A stretch of 63,703 bases of DNA, filler included, from Folioceros fuciformis (taxonomy: Eukaryota): NCBI GenBank assembly GCA_049999805.1. It is 5 parts of 5 records of this genome, joined end to end, with 100 filler letters (N's around TTAATTAATTAA, not from the genome) between each part and the next. Parts side by side here need not be neighbours in the genome. Positions count along the whole stretch, not along the records: positions 28,704 to 52,816 come from JBNGIO010006271.1; positions 52,917 to 58,802 come from JBNGIO010006291.1; positions 58,903 to 61,807 come from JBNGIO010006295.1; 2 more parts are not named here. One strand, given 5' to 3'. Numbering within the stretch: the first letter of the stretch is position 1; every line of letters begins with the position of its first letter. Positions 48,676 to 61,907 of the stretch are shown here, piece after piece. A model generated the notes under the pieces. The model ran no database searches. It saw only the letters and a list, made by a program, of their open reading frames with translations, and was not told the DNA's origin. Position numbers and translations under genes: made by a program.

Positions 48676-51600
48676 ATGGCTCAGAACGGTGTTTCTCAGA
48701 ACGGTGTGGCTCACGAGATGAGCGGGAATGGTATTCCCAATGGCTTATCCAAGATCAAGACCGTGAGCAACAAGGGCGATGTGTGCACCGATGACAGCAC
48801 CACCCCGGTCCGGGCCAAGACTCTGGACGAGCTGCATTCGCTCCAGAAGAAAAAATCGGCTCCCTCTACCCCTCGGGGAACACCCACCAAGAGCCCGTTT
48901 CTCTCCGACGAGGAGAGGAAGCGACAGCAGTTGCAGTCCATCAGGTGCTGCTGCCTTTCCGGTTTTTTCCTGTTTTTTCCGTCTGTCCTGTTTTCGGTTT
49001 CCTGTGTTCTCGCTCGTGGATTGGTTGCTGATGCTGTTGTTCTGCGTCTGTCCTTCAGTGCGTCGCTTGCCTCCCTGACTCGAGAGACCGGTCCACAGCT
49101 GGTGAAGGGGGATCCGGAGAAGAAGAGGAAGCCTGTTGAGAAGAGTGCTGTTCCTGTCAGGCCGAACATCAGTGACAGTGCCTTGAAGTTCACTCATGTT
49201 CTCTATAATTTGTCCCCCGCAGGTGAAGAGCTCGTTCGCACACTTCGCTTTTGATTCAAAGCTTCAGTCCTGTTCCTGCTTTTTTTTTTTTTTTGGTTCC
49301 AGTACGTCGTCTCATCTAATCCGCTGGGCTCGCCCATGTGCAGAGCTGTATGAGCAGGCCATCAAGTTTGAGAAGGGATCGTACATTACCTCGACTGGTG
49401 CATTGGCCACACTCTCCGGAGCGAAAACTGGACGTTCGCCTAAGGACAAGCGTGTTGTGATCGAAGAGACGTCCAAGAATGATCTGTGGTGGGGCAAGTG
49501 AGTGTTCATACCCCTCTTCACCGAGTCTGAGTTCATGGGTTGATTCGTTGGGAGACTTATGGCTCATAAGTCTGGTTTTCCGTAGGGGCTCTCCGAACAT
49601 TGAAATGGACGAGGAGACTTTCCTGGTGAACAGGGAGCGGGCTGTCGATTACCTCAACTCATTGGAGAAGGTTAGTGCCTGCAAGTCTGCCTGGTGCATG
49701 TGAGAAGTGGGCGTTTAGCACTTGGTGACATGGTGGCTGTTTGCAGGTGTTCGTGAACGACCAGTTTTTGAACTGGGATCCTCAGAACCGGATCAAAGTG
49801 AGGATCATATCAGCTCGGGCTTATCACTCCCTCTTCATGCACAACATGTAAGCAGCTCAGCGCCCTCTTCATCCCGTCCTGTTGTCAGTCGGTCTGACGA
49901 TGTGGAAGTAAAGAGAAGAAGTATCCCCCTTGTCTGTCCCCTCTTGTCTGTCCAGCCCTCTGGAGGCCGTGCCCAGAGGTTGCTACGGGTTGAGGTTGGC
50001 ATTAAGTGAGTATGGGTGGCAGGTGTATTCGTCCTACACCTGAAGAGCTCGAAGATTTTGGGACTCCCGACTTCACTATTTACAATGCTGGCCAATTCCC
50101 CTGCAACCGTTACACACACTATATGACGTCCTCAACTAGCATAGACATAAACCTGAAACGAAGAGAGATGGTGATCCTTGGAACTCAGTATGCTGGAGAA
50201 ATGAAGAAGGGTCTTTTCGGCCTCATGCACTACATGATGCCCAAAAGAGGGATTTTGTCATTGCATTCTGGCTGCAATGAGGGGAAGTCAGGGGATGTGG
50301 CGTTGTTTTTTGGATTATCAGGTATTCTATTGTGACATGCTTCTTGGCTGGTTGAAGTTCTCGTGCATTTTCGCTCATGTTTGTTTCATCTGGGTGGCAG
50401 GAACTGGGAAGACTACGCTGTCCACTGACCATAACAGGCTTCTGATTGGAGACGATGAACATTGCTGGTCGGACAATGGTGTTTCCAACATCGAGGGAGG
50501 ATGTTACGCCAAGACCATTGATCTCTCACAGGAGAAAGAGCCCGACATTTTCGACGCCATCAAGTTCGGGACAGGTATGAGATCCATTGCACACCTGAGT
50601 CTATTTGATGAACTTCGTACACGCACTCCTTGCTCAAAACTCCTGTTCTGCTCCAGTTGTGGAAAACGTTGTCTTCGATGAGCATACGCGCGAGGTGGAT
50701 TATAGTGACAAATCGGTTACAGGTATATATACTGCGTTAGTCTGGACCAGTCTCCTGGCTCCTGTCATCAGCTCGAGCCCTGCGTTGATCCTTGTGGTGC
50801 CCTCTCGCAGAAAATACACGGGCTGCATATCCTATCGAGTTCATTCCCAATGCCAAAATCCCATGTGTTGGTCCTCATCCGAAGAATGTGATTCTTCTGG
50901 CATGTGACGCGTTTGGTGTCCTCCCTCCCGTCAGCAAGCTCACCATGGCCCAGACTATGTACCACTTCATCAGTGGGTATACTGCACTGGTAAGCACACT
51001 TCAGTCTCCACCTTCCGTCCTATCTCTCATCGCACATCCTGACTAATCCCCTGTCTATCCTCCAGGTTGCCGGCACAGAAGAAGGTATCAAAGAGCCTCA
51101 AGCAACTTTCTCCGCATGCTTTGGTGCTGCTTTCATCATGCTGCACCCCACAAAGTATGCAGCCATGTTGGCTGACAAGATGAAGAAGCACGGTGCTACT
51201 GCCTGGCTGGTGAACACTGGTTGGTCTGGTGGCAGGTGATACACGTACTTGCCCCATGAATTTATGAAACAAACCCTTCCAAGACACGTCTAATCATGCT
51301 TGTTCCATTGCTCCAGCTATGGTGTTGGGTGTCGCATGAAGCTGGCCTACACCAGGAAGATCATTGATGCTATTCACGATGGGTCTCTGGAAAAAGCCTC
51401 CTACACCGACACTCCCATCTTCGGGCTCCATGTTCCTGACAAAGTTGAGGGGGTCCCATCAGAGATCCTGCACCCTGAGAACATGGTAAGTTCCTGTGCC
51501 TGTCAGTCTCTCACTCCTGATGGCATAACAGGACATGCTGAAATGTCTCGTGCTTCTTGCAGTGGGCTGACAAGAACGCGTACACCGAAACTCTCACCAA

Positions 51601-51703
51601 GTTGGCTGGTCTGTTCAAGAAAAACTTCGCCAACTTCAGCGACTACAAAGTCGGTGGAGACAGCAGACTGACGGAAGAGATTCTTGCTGCTGGCCCACAG
51701 TAG
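48676..51703 (+). CDS. PCK1: Phosphoenolpyruvate carboxykinase (ATP), multi-exon
   Basis: Plant N-terminal extension ([18 protein letters not shown]), [84 protein letters not shown]; stop TAG 51701-51703. Confidence 0.98.
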
Positions 51704-52916
51704 AATATTCTACTGGGAATGTTGCACATCTGGACGGTATTCGAAATGACGCTTATTATTGTGTGAAAAGAAATAACAAGATGTCTTACGTGTTATATTT
51801 CCTGAAACCCAGGTTTACAGATGTGTCAAAATACTCCTAAGTTTCCTAGGGTTCATTGCAGAAATATATATGAATTGTAATGCTGCATGATATAAAATAA
51901 TTTGTTTACTTATTATTGTAATGCATACTTAACTTAAAAGTGAAATTATAACTCGTGAAGTTAAGTTATGACAAATTAATGTCAAAATGATTTCTTTAAT
52001 TGTTATTGTGGTATACTGAATATACTTCATGTACTCAGCTTTGGTTAAATTATGACGCGTTGGTGTCGATGAGTGCAAACGAAGTATTTTTTATAATAAT
52101 GATAATATATGTGTATATTTCCGTGTGAAACTGTGCAAGAGCCAGTTGTTACAGACTGCGACGCGAATTCTCCCGTACGACGATGTCTTATCATACGACT
52201 TCAAGCTTGAGACCTGGCTCTGATGTCCAATCGGTCTTTCATCGAAACGTTTCGACACGCCGTTTTTGAGAAACGATACCACAGGCGGTGAGGAAGGCGT
52301 GCGCGGAGTATGGCGGACGCCAGATCCATGGATGCGCGATGAGGTGCAATGCGTGCTGGCGGGAGCTGGAGGCTCGCGCCGTAGCCACCACATGCGGCCA
52401 CCTCTTCTGTGCGCTCTAAGAATCATGCTTGCAGTTTCGGAATTTGATGCATCAATACTGCACGTTCGTCGTGGTCACGTTGAGGCCGCTGCTGTCCTGA
52501 GCGCTGCCACAGTCGTTCTGATGCGGATCTAGGTTTTCAAGTGAAGCTGTTGAAGCATGCCGATATGTGATTTTGTGGCTGTGATTTTCTGTGAATTCTC
52601 TTCCCGGGCCCGATCCTCAGAATTGGTTCAGCTCCAGATAATTCGTTGTGTCCGCTTCTTGCTGATTCCTCGAGGAAGGAGAGAGGTTTTTCTGTGGTGT
52701 AAAGATTGCAACACATGGTCTTTAATTGGTCGAATCAGGGCTTGTTGCTAAATGTACGAAACTGGACGCAGTGTGCGCACGGGTCGTCTCAAGCCACTCT
52801 TCGGCTTGAGTGAATGNNNNNNNNNNNNNNNNNNNNNNNNNNNNNNNNNNNNNNNNNNNNTTAATTAATTAANNNNNNNNNNNNNNNNNNNNNNNNNNNN
52901 NNNNNNNNNNNNNNNN

Positions 52917-53953
52917 GTATGTACCCGCAGTGGGAAGAGAAGAGGAAGGTAGCAGGCTGCTAAGAAGAAAGGGAAGGAAGTGGAATCAGCTACAGGATCA
53001 AAGGAGGAGGAGAAGAGTACTCCGGATGGCGAGGTATCAGGTCAAGAGGAGGGAGACCAAGAAGGGCAAACCCCTAAAGAGGAAAAATCAGGGGCTGGAG
53101 AGGGAGCAGCTCCAGCAAGGGGGGAAAACCTGGAATTTCCTCCAAATGTGAGGGGAGAAGTGCTGGACATGATCCAGGAGGAGCTGGATAGGGCAGCAAA
53201 GGAGTCAGCACCCGTGGCTGCAAGTCGGCCACCTAGGGAGGTGGCAGTTGTGATCAAAGGGACCGGTGGGGCTATTCGGAAGCCGTTTGATTTGGCTGGA
53301 GCCATCATGGACCAGCAATGTGCTGTCACCTTTGGCCAACTCCTAAAGGATAACCCTAAATATCGACAACAGGTCCGGAAGGCGTTGCAGGAGACCCAGC
53401 CCAAAAGGGGGAAGAGGCTACCTAAATCAGGACCAAGGGTGTCGGCGCCCATGGTCAGCATGGTGTCCAAGGCGGACCAAGGACCGGCTGAACTGCAAGT
53501 GGAGATTGCAGGCTGCGTGATTAAGAGGGTGCCGCTGGATACAGGTTTAGGGGTGAATATTATGACGGAGGATACCACCAAGAAACTCGGATTGGAGATC
53601 GAGCACACAACCAAGGTCTTGAGGTTGGCCGATATTTTCAAAATGCAGCCGGTGGGGGAGCTGAGAGGGGTAACCACAATCATATGGACCATTCCCTACC
53701 TTCTCGATTTTGTGGTCATTCAGCACAAGGCACCGGGCTACGACATCTTGCTAGGCAGGACTTGGCTGTATGGATCGAGGTGCAAGCTACCATGGGGAAG
53801 GAAGGAGGTGGCTTTCAAACCATCTTAATAGGACCCCAAGACAAAGGACGGTAGGATTTGTTTGAGCTGGAGCCGGGATGTCTACCTTGGTGAGACCCCA
53901 ACGGACACGGAGGGGTACACGTCCGTGGGGGACACAACTGATTTGGAGGGGGG
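52917..53953 (+). mobile_element. Ty3/gypsy-type LTR retrotransposon fragment (gag C-terminus and aspartic protease)
   Basis: VTFGQLLKDNPKY, retropepsin-like PLDTGLGVNIM and YDILLGRTWL. Confidence 0.75.
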
Positions 53954-56900
53954 TGTTCACGGGGTAACCTCACTCGCTTAGGGTTTACCCCCAATTATTT
54001 GTGGTTAGTTAAGTTTAGTTTAATTAATGAAAGGTCACTTTAGCAAAGAGGTGCCTAGCATAGATAATATGCACTCTTTCCATTACTTTGCATTATTGTT
54101 AATTATTGCCTCCTGATTTATCATCTCTCCTGCTCTCCATTTATGTCATGGTATCAGAGCAAAGGCTCTTTATGATTATGTGTGAATGATAACCAGACTC
54201 ATTCATGTACTAGCATCATCACATTTGATGGCAACTCTGACTATGTTGCCATTAAATCTTTACAAAGGTTGGACCTCAGATTCTGGACAAGATTGTTTTT
54301 CAACCTTTGATCCTTCTAAATTCCGCTGCGTAGGAGCATGAGAGATTCTCTACCAAATCATATTTGGAATCTCAGTAATTCCAATTATTAATTTTACTAA
54401 GAGAACAAAAGCTGACACTGTTGCAGAGGAAGAACAATAGGGACTTCAGCAAAGTCACACAATTATTTCTAAATAATTTTGGAACTATGCTCAAGCCCAC
54501 ATTGCTCCTCCTACACACAATTGTCAGTTACAATGTCTGAATAACTTCAGATATGATTGCTGCACTTTTTCTACAGCATGCCTCATCGTAGGCATAGTCG
54601 CCGTAACCCTGCAGATATATCTGCACAAAAACGGCACTCATATCAGCCCAATTTACCTAAATTACATCAGGGATCTGTTATATCAGGAATTCACAAATTG
54701 GGTGATGGTGTAGAAAAAGACTACCTGCTCTGGCGCATTAACAGTTTGCACGATCAGTTGACTAATGTGCTTCTTATGCAGGATGCACAAATCGTGCAAC
54801 AAAATTCAACTGTAATTGCAAAAATTGATCAGATCAGTAAACAACTGAGTCAGATTTGTGCGCGCCAGGAGTTTCTTCTCAGGGAATTCCAGCAATTGGA
54901 TTATCCTGAACCCTTGTCCATGGTGCAGCCAGCCATGGGATTGTATCTTCCAACCCTGTAGCCAACTCCTAGAAAGTCGGATGCACAAATGAGTTAGGGT
55001 TTTCACATGAATGTTGAACTCATGTGAATCGGTGCACCCCTTGGCAGTTAGGGTTTTTCACATGGATTTCCGAATCCTGTGAACCGGTACACCCCTTGGA
55101 AGTTAGTGTACCATTTCGGTGCTTCCATGTCTCTTGGTGTCTTGTTGATGCCTCTCTCTCTTAGTCAATGTCTGTTCATTTCTCCTGCATAGGCAAATAT
55201 CCTGATTAGTCAATCTCTTCGGTGCTGACTAGTTAGCCCTTAACACAGGCCCAAGTTATCCTACTACGATGACTAGCATTAACCCACCTCCTCCATCACC
55301 TCCTACACCCCTAACTGGCTACCACCCTGTCTTCACTTCCGAATTAAAAGAAAATGACGGGTTTAATGGCCAGAAATACGAGGTGTGGAGAGTTCGCATG
55401 AAATCTACTCTGTTAGCTAGAGGAGTTTGGGGAGTAGTAGATGGATCTATTCCAGAGCCTCCTATTACAGCCCTCACATGAGAAAGAGATAAGTGGGCTC
55501 ATGCGAATAGCATTGGAATTGCTCTCCTTGTCTCTGGCCTAACTGAGGATCTTATTCCACAGATCGAATTTCTCACTAAGGCCAGTGAAATATGGGCACA
55601 GTTGGAAGGTCAGTATCGGATAAACAATGTCCTTACACTCTGTACTTTGCATATGGAGTTCTATGGACTTAAAATGCGAGAAGGGGACAAAGTACTTGCT
55701 CACACCAGCAAGCTTAGACACCTTAGAGCACAACTTACCTCTCTTGGTACAGTGATGGACGAGGTGGACGTGATTGCACAATTGCTCACCAGCCTTCCGC
55801 CCAATTACCAGAACTTTGTATCTACACACAATGTCCCCATCCGATAGGCTAGGGCTGCCGGAGTTGTAGGACGCCAAATTACTCTCACCTTAGACGAGGT
55901 GATAGGGGCTCTCTTCCAGGAAGAGCAAAGTAGGCTCTTGTTAGGGTCTGGGAAAACCAAAGTTGACAAAGTCCTTACTGCTTCCCGTGGATGAGGGGCA
56001 CAAAGAGGAAGAATGCGGATACCACAATAGCAGGGCTTCTACCAGGGTCCCCGCCATAAAGGACAACGCAGTGATGTTGGTCCATCCTCCAAACGCCTTG
56101 GTAACTGTAACTGGTGCGGTAAACCTGGCCATTGAGCCAAGGAGTGTAGGAAGAAAAAGGCTGGAGAGCCTCGTAAACCATCTTGACCTACTACTAATGT
56201 TGTAGTTAGAGACAAGCCTGCAGAATCCCACAAGCCAGTTGTTAAAATATTAACAATCTGTCTTTCATCCTTAGCAGGTGACAAGGCAGCTTGGTACCTG
56301 GATTCTTTTCCCACTGCCCATATTTGTCGGGATGAATCTCTATTTACATCCCTTACCCCTACTTTTGACGTTGATAGGGTGTATCTTGGGGATGAGCAAA
56401 ATTCCACCAGTCTACAAATTCTAGGCCAAGGTTCCTGCAATTTTAGACTTACTGATGGCTCCACCTTAACCCTAGCAGATGTTCTGTACGTCCCCAGAAT
56501 GGCAAAGAACCTGCTATCCTTGAGTCGGTTACTCAAGCAACATGATTTCTAGTTGACAGCTCATGATGGATCCTGCTACTTTGTTAGGCCAGACTCTCCT
56601 TCTACTTGTGTTTTTCAAGCACTACCAGAGGATGACCTGTATCGTTTAGAATTTACTTGTCTTCCTGGCAGTCGGACTCATGCCTATTCAATAAGTGTAG
56701 GCAACTTGACAGCTGTCCAACAGTCTATTCTCTGGCATGCTCGGTTGGGTCATGTTAATAAACAGACCCTGGCATCCCTCAGCAAAGAAGGTAGCTATCG
56801 TGAGCCCTTACCTAAAAGTTTGAAGGAGTTGCCACTTTGTGAGACTTGTGCCCTAGCCAAGCAGAAGGAACTCCCGTTTCCCACAACTCCAGCTCATCGA

Positions 56901-58802
56901 TCTTCACAGCTCCTTGACCTGGTAAATGCTGATATTTCTGGCCGCCTTCAGGTTTCTTCACTTGGGGGGGCAAATTACTACCTTACCATCACAAATGATT
57001 ACAGCAGGTTTACTTGGACCTTTCCTATGAAAAGAAAGAATGAAACCTTTGCTTTGTTTCAAGACTGGCTTATTACTGCACAGCACCAAACAGGCTATTT
57101 GCTCAAAATTTTCCGATTTGATTATGGCACAGAATTTGTCAATCAGTCATTCTCTAACTGATTCTTTGAACAGGGCATCATTCACCAACTAATTGTGCCC
57201 TATACGCAGCAGCAAAATGGTGTTGCCGAACGCAAAAACCAAACCTTGATGGGAATGACGCGTGCCATGTTGTTGTGGTCTGGCCTTCCTTCGCCGTACT
57301 GGGCAGAAGCTGTAGTCACTGCCACTTATATTATCAACAAACTACCAACAAGTTCTCTTGCTGCTAGAACTCCTTTTGAGATTTTCTGGAAGAGGAAGCC
57401 CAGCCTTCTTCATCTCAGAATCTTAGGCTCAAAAGCCTATGCCTATGTTCCTGTAGAAAAACGCAGGAAATTAGACAACCGATCAAGAGCATTAGTCTTT
57501 GTTGGCTATAGTGAAACCGTAAAAGCCTACAAGCTTATTGATCCTATAACTCTACAACTAGTTCTGGCACGGAGCGTTACTTTCATGGAGTCTCTGCAAT
57601 CTGCACATGTTGCCATTCAGCATGACTCTTTTGAACGACCATCCACTGTAGAAGAAGCCAATGCTTTAGAAGGGTCCACAGGCCTTCTGTCCTTATATCC
57701 TGAGGATGCTGACGGGCCTGCTATCCCTGATCTCCTAGCGGGGAACCAGGACCAACCTAACTATGAACTTGCTGGTGTCCACCCTGCTCAGCATCTACCT
57801 GTTTCTGACGAGGACCAGGACCCTGCACACCCCGTTGCAGTAGAAGAACGAGTTATAGGTCCTGATCCATTAGGATTCAATGGCCTATTTGCAGAGGCAG
57901 ATATAGACATTGAAAATGCCCCAGACAATTTACCAGCTGTGGATGACGTGACTATACCTACCCCTGCTATTGCCTGTGACTCTTCTCGAAATGAAGATGC
58001 TGGACTTCATCGCTCTTCTCGTCACAGACCTCTGCCTTCCGACTGGAGGGAACTCCCATATACCAGTGTAGACTTCCGACAACCCACAACTTCAACTGTC
58101 TCCTCTCCTCCTGCAGTTCCTCTGGAGCCAGCTACTCTTACAGAGGCCTTGACAGGCCCAGATAAAACAAAATGGCAATTTGCTGTTGATGATGAGTATA
58201 ATAGCCTCATCAAAAATGGCACTTGGCGTCTGGTTCCTCGACCTGCAAACAAAAAGGCTATCACCTGTAAATGGGTGTTTAAACACAAGTTGAATGCTGA
58301 CGGGCACATAGCCCGTTACAAAGCAAGGTTGTGTGCTAGGGGGTTTACCCAAGTCGCTGGTTTAGATTACCAGGAGACTTTTTCTCCAGTAGTGCGTGCT
58401 CATTCCATCCGCATTATCTTGGCCCTAGTTGCTGAGTATGACCTGGAATTGCAGCAGATGGATGTCTGCACGGCTTTCCTCCATGGGATTCTTGAGGAGG
58501 AGTTGTACATGGAGCAGCCAAAAGTTTACATTGATCCTGCACACCCAGATCATGTTTGCTTACTCATCAAGTGCCTACATGGCTTAAAACAGAGTGCAGA
58601 ACGTTGGTATAAGAGGTGTGACACAGCCCTAAAAACCTTGGGTTTTGAACAGTGCAAGGCTGACTCCAATGTGTACATCTTCCGAGAGGGCACCACCTAT
58701 GTCATCCTAGCTCTCTACGTGGATGACGTGATCCTTGCTGCTAGTAACCCTCTTATCCTGTCACACGTAAAGGATATGTTGAGAAAAACATTTGAAATGA
58801 CA
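53954..58802 (+). mobile_element. Ty1/copia LTR retrotransposon 1: candidate 5' LTR (~53954-54148), PBS, long leader, and gag-PR-IN-RT with several in-frame stops; truncated by a gap
   Basis: tRNA-iMet PBS TGGTATCAGAGC at 54149-54160 after CA. Gag FNGQKYEVW, CCHC CNWCGKPGH*AKEC, PR WYLDS, LWHARLGH, integrase QQNGVAERKN, RT DVCTAFL and LYVDD. Confidence 0.93.
54992..55106 (+). repeat. ~55-bp tandem repeat x2 in the copia leader
   Basis: gttagggtttt(t)cacatg...tgtgaaYcggtRcaccccttggMagttag twice. Confidence 0.8.
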
Positions 58803-58902
58803 NNNNNNNNNNNNNNNNNNNNNNNNNNNNNNNNNNNNNNNNNNNNTTAATTAATTAANNNNNNNNNNNNNNNNNNNNNNNNNNNNNNNNNNNNNNNNNN
58901 NN

Positions 58903-61807
58903 CTGCATCTACTTTCTATCGGCTAGGTACCAAGTATTCGACAGATTCAAAGAGTATTTGAGCTACTCACAAAGGTTTACATCTAGTCAATTGAAGACAT
59001 TGCGTTCTGACAACGGAGGTGAGTATACATCTAGAGAGTTTGACATTTTCTGCAAGCAACATGGCATCCAGCGTCATTTTTCTGTAGCCTACACCCCAGA
59101 GCAGAATGGTGTTGCGGAAAAACGTAATAAAGACCTCAATAATTCAGCAAGATGTATGTTGCAAGCAGCAGGAGTTGAGAAGAGTTTCTGGGCTGAAGCT
59201 GTGGCAGTAGCTGCTCACGTCCAGAACTGACTACCTACAAAATGCCTTGAGAGAAAAACTCCATTTGAAGTCTGGACTGCCAGAAAACCAGACCTTAAAC
59301 ATCTCAAAGTGTTTGGGTGTCTGGCCTATGCGCATGTGCCCTCACAAAAACGACAAAAGTGGGATGCAAAGGGGCAAAGATTGATGTTTATCGGCTATTC
59401 TGACGAAGTGAAAGGTTTTAAATTGATTGATCCTGCAACAAGGAAGGTGATTTTTGCAAGGAACGTGATATTTAGAGAGAACCTTATGTGGAAAGATTCG
59501 AGAAACACTGAAGGTGTTGGAACTGATACCTTTGATGAGCCTGAAGTTACGGAATACCCACAAGGAGTTCAATTTCAGATTCCACGATTCCTTGAGCCTT
59601 CACCGACAGGTACTCCTGTTCCTATGTTGCAGCCTCAGTCACCTCCCACGGCAGCCGATCCCATTGATCCAGGTGGAGGACGTCCTCTACCTAGCTCTGC
59701 ATCTTTTTCGGATAATCCACAAAGTGGGGAGCCACAGCCACAAGATGGTCTTGATAATCAACCAGTATTACCTCATCCACAAAATCAACAACCACGACGT
59801 TCTCAAAGGACAAGACCACCAAGAGAACTATGGAGGGAGCCTCCTCTCACATATGATCACCAAGTAAGTATTAATAGTGAGCTAGCTGCTGCTGCAGAGG
59901 ACGCTGAAAGAGGAAGTGATCCTCAGACCTTCGATGAAGCTTTATCAAGTGAGAACGCAAGAGGATGGTCAGAGGCAATTAAGAAGGAGTTAGATGCACT
60001 TCATCGAAATAAAACATGGGAGCTTGTGCCACTCCCTAGAGGAAGAAAACCAATTAAGACCAAATGGGTCTTTAAGACAAAATACAAGGCTGATGGTTCG
60101 CACGACAAGCTTAAGGCACGGCTTGTCGTTAAGGGCTACTCTCAGAAGGCCGGGGGGGACTACCTAGAGACCTTTTCTCCAGTAGTACGACAAAGCTCAG
60201 TAAGACACTTAGTGGCTCTTGCAGCATATACAGATCTGGACATCCATCAAATGGATGTCCAGAGTGCGTTCTTATATGGGAAAATTAATGAAGACATCTT
60301 CATGGAGATACCCCAAGGGGTAGAGGTACCTGTAGGACAAGAGAATTTTGTTTGCAAATTAAAGAAGGCATTATATGGGCTCAAGCAGAGTCCACACAAG
60401 TGGTTTGGGTGTTTTCGAGAGTATCTACTGACCTGTGGCTTTGAGCAGAATCCGTCCGACATGAATGTGTTTTTGCTTAGGAACACGCAAGGTTTTGTGA
60501 TATTAGCTGTTTACGTAGATGATACTGTTTTAATATCAAACAGTTCAGGACCTGGCGGAACTTTAGAATATGCTAAGAAGATTCTATCAAGCAGGTTTGC
60601 CATGACAGACATGGGTGAGCTTCATTCCTTTCTAGGCATCAAGGTAACTCGAAATCGTGCTGAAGGGGTTCTCACCTTGTCTCAAGAGGTGTATGTTCAA
60701 CAAGTTCTTAAGAAATTTGGCATGGATACTGCAAAACCCTGTGCAACACCAATGTCTACCTCAGTACAACTATCAGCTATGCCAACACCGTTGTCAGCTA
60801 GAGATATTGAAAGAATGCAAGAGATTCCTTACCGCGCAGCCTGCGGTTCACTCCAATATCTGCAAGTATCGACTCGACCTGATATAAGCAAAGCCGTGTC
60901 ACAGATTTGTCAATATTTCGAGGGTTATGGTGAAATGCATTGGACTGCAACCAAGCGCGTTTTTCGTTATCTCAAGGGCACGGCAGCTTATGGACTTGTT
61001 TACAGATTGAGAGGAAGTACGGAGCCAGCAGAGATGTTACTTACAGCTTTCAGCGACAGCGATTGGGCAGGGGATCTTGACAAGAGACGGTCCACGGCAG
61101 CCTATGCAGTTATGGCCGCATCTGCTGCTATATCATGGAGTAGCAAGCGGCTACACACAATCTGTTTGTCATCCGCAGAAGCGGAGTACTCTGCATGTAC
61201 TGAAGCAGCGAAGGAGGTGTTGTGCCATCGTAGATTCTCGGAGGGTCTGCGTCGACCGTTTGATAATCCAACTGTTCTCTTTTCAGACTCACAATCGGCC
61301 ATTGCTATGACTCAGAATCCCATGTATCACTCACGGACCAAACATGTAGAACTGAGGTTTCACTACATTCGACAACTCGTGGAGGAGAAGCAAATCCAGT
61401 TACAATATGTTGCAACAGAGGAAAATCAAGCTGATGTACTAACGAAGGCGCTGGCTCGTTTCAAACATGAGCAGCACCGGGCAGCGTTGGGAGTGAAGGA
61501 CTTAGCTTTGGTTAAAAGTTAGAAGGTCAAAGAAAATAAAATAAATTAAATAAATAAATAAAAGGATATTTATTCTAAGTAAAACTTCAACTAGAGGGAG
61601 TGTAAAAACCCCTAGTTCCTAATCCTAGTTCCTAGTTTGGTTTTGGATAGTTTCAGTTTACTTAGGATTATTAAAGTTACAAGCGGTTATTTAACCGTCA
61701 ACTGAATATATATAAATGTTGTTCACGAGAAATAAAAAGAAAGAGTTCTGTTTCCGCTCTATGGTAACTGCCAGGTGGCCCGAAGAATGACCACCCTCAG
61801 CTGCAAG
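58903..61807 (+). mobile_element. Ty1/copia LTR retrotransposon 2: integrase-RT-RNaseH, PPT and start of the 3' LTR (TG at 61601)
   Basis: LRSDNGGEY, EQNGVAE, DVQSAFL, VYVDD, SDSDWAGD, SRTKHVELRFH; AGAGGGAG PPT directly before TGTAAA. Confidence 0.95.
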
Positions 61808-61907
61808 NNNNNNNNNNNNNNNNNNNNNNNNNNNNNNNNNNNNNNNNNNNNTTAATTAATTAANNNNNNNNNNNNNNNNNNNNNNNNNNNNNNNNNNNNN
61901 NNNNNNN

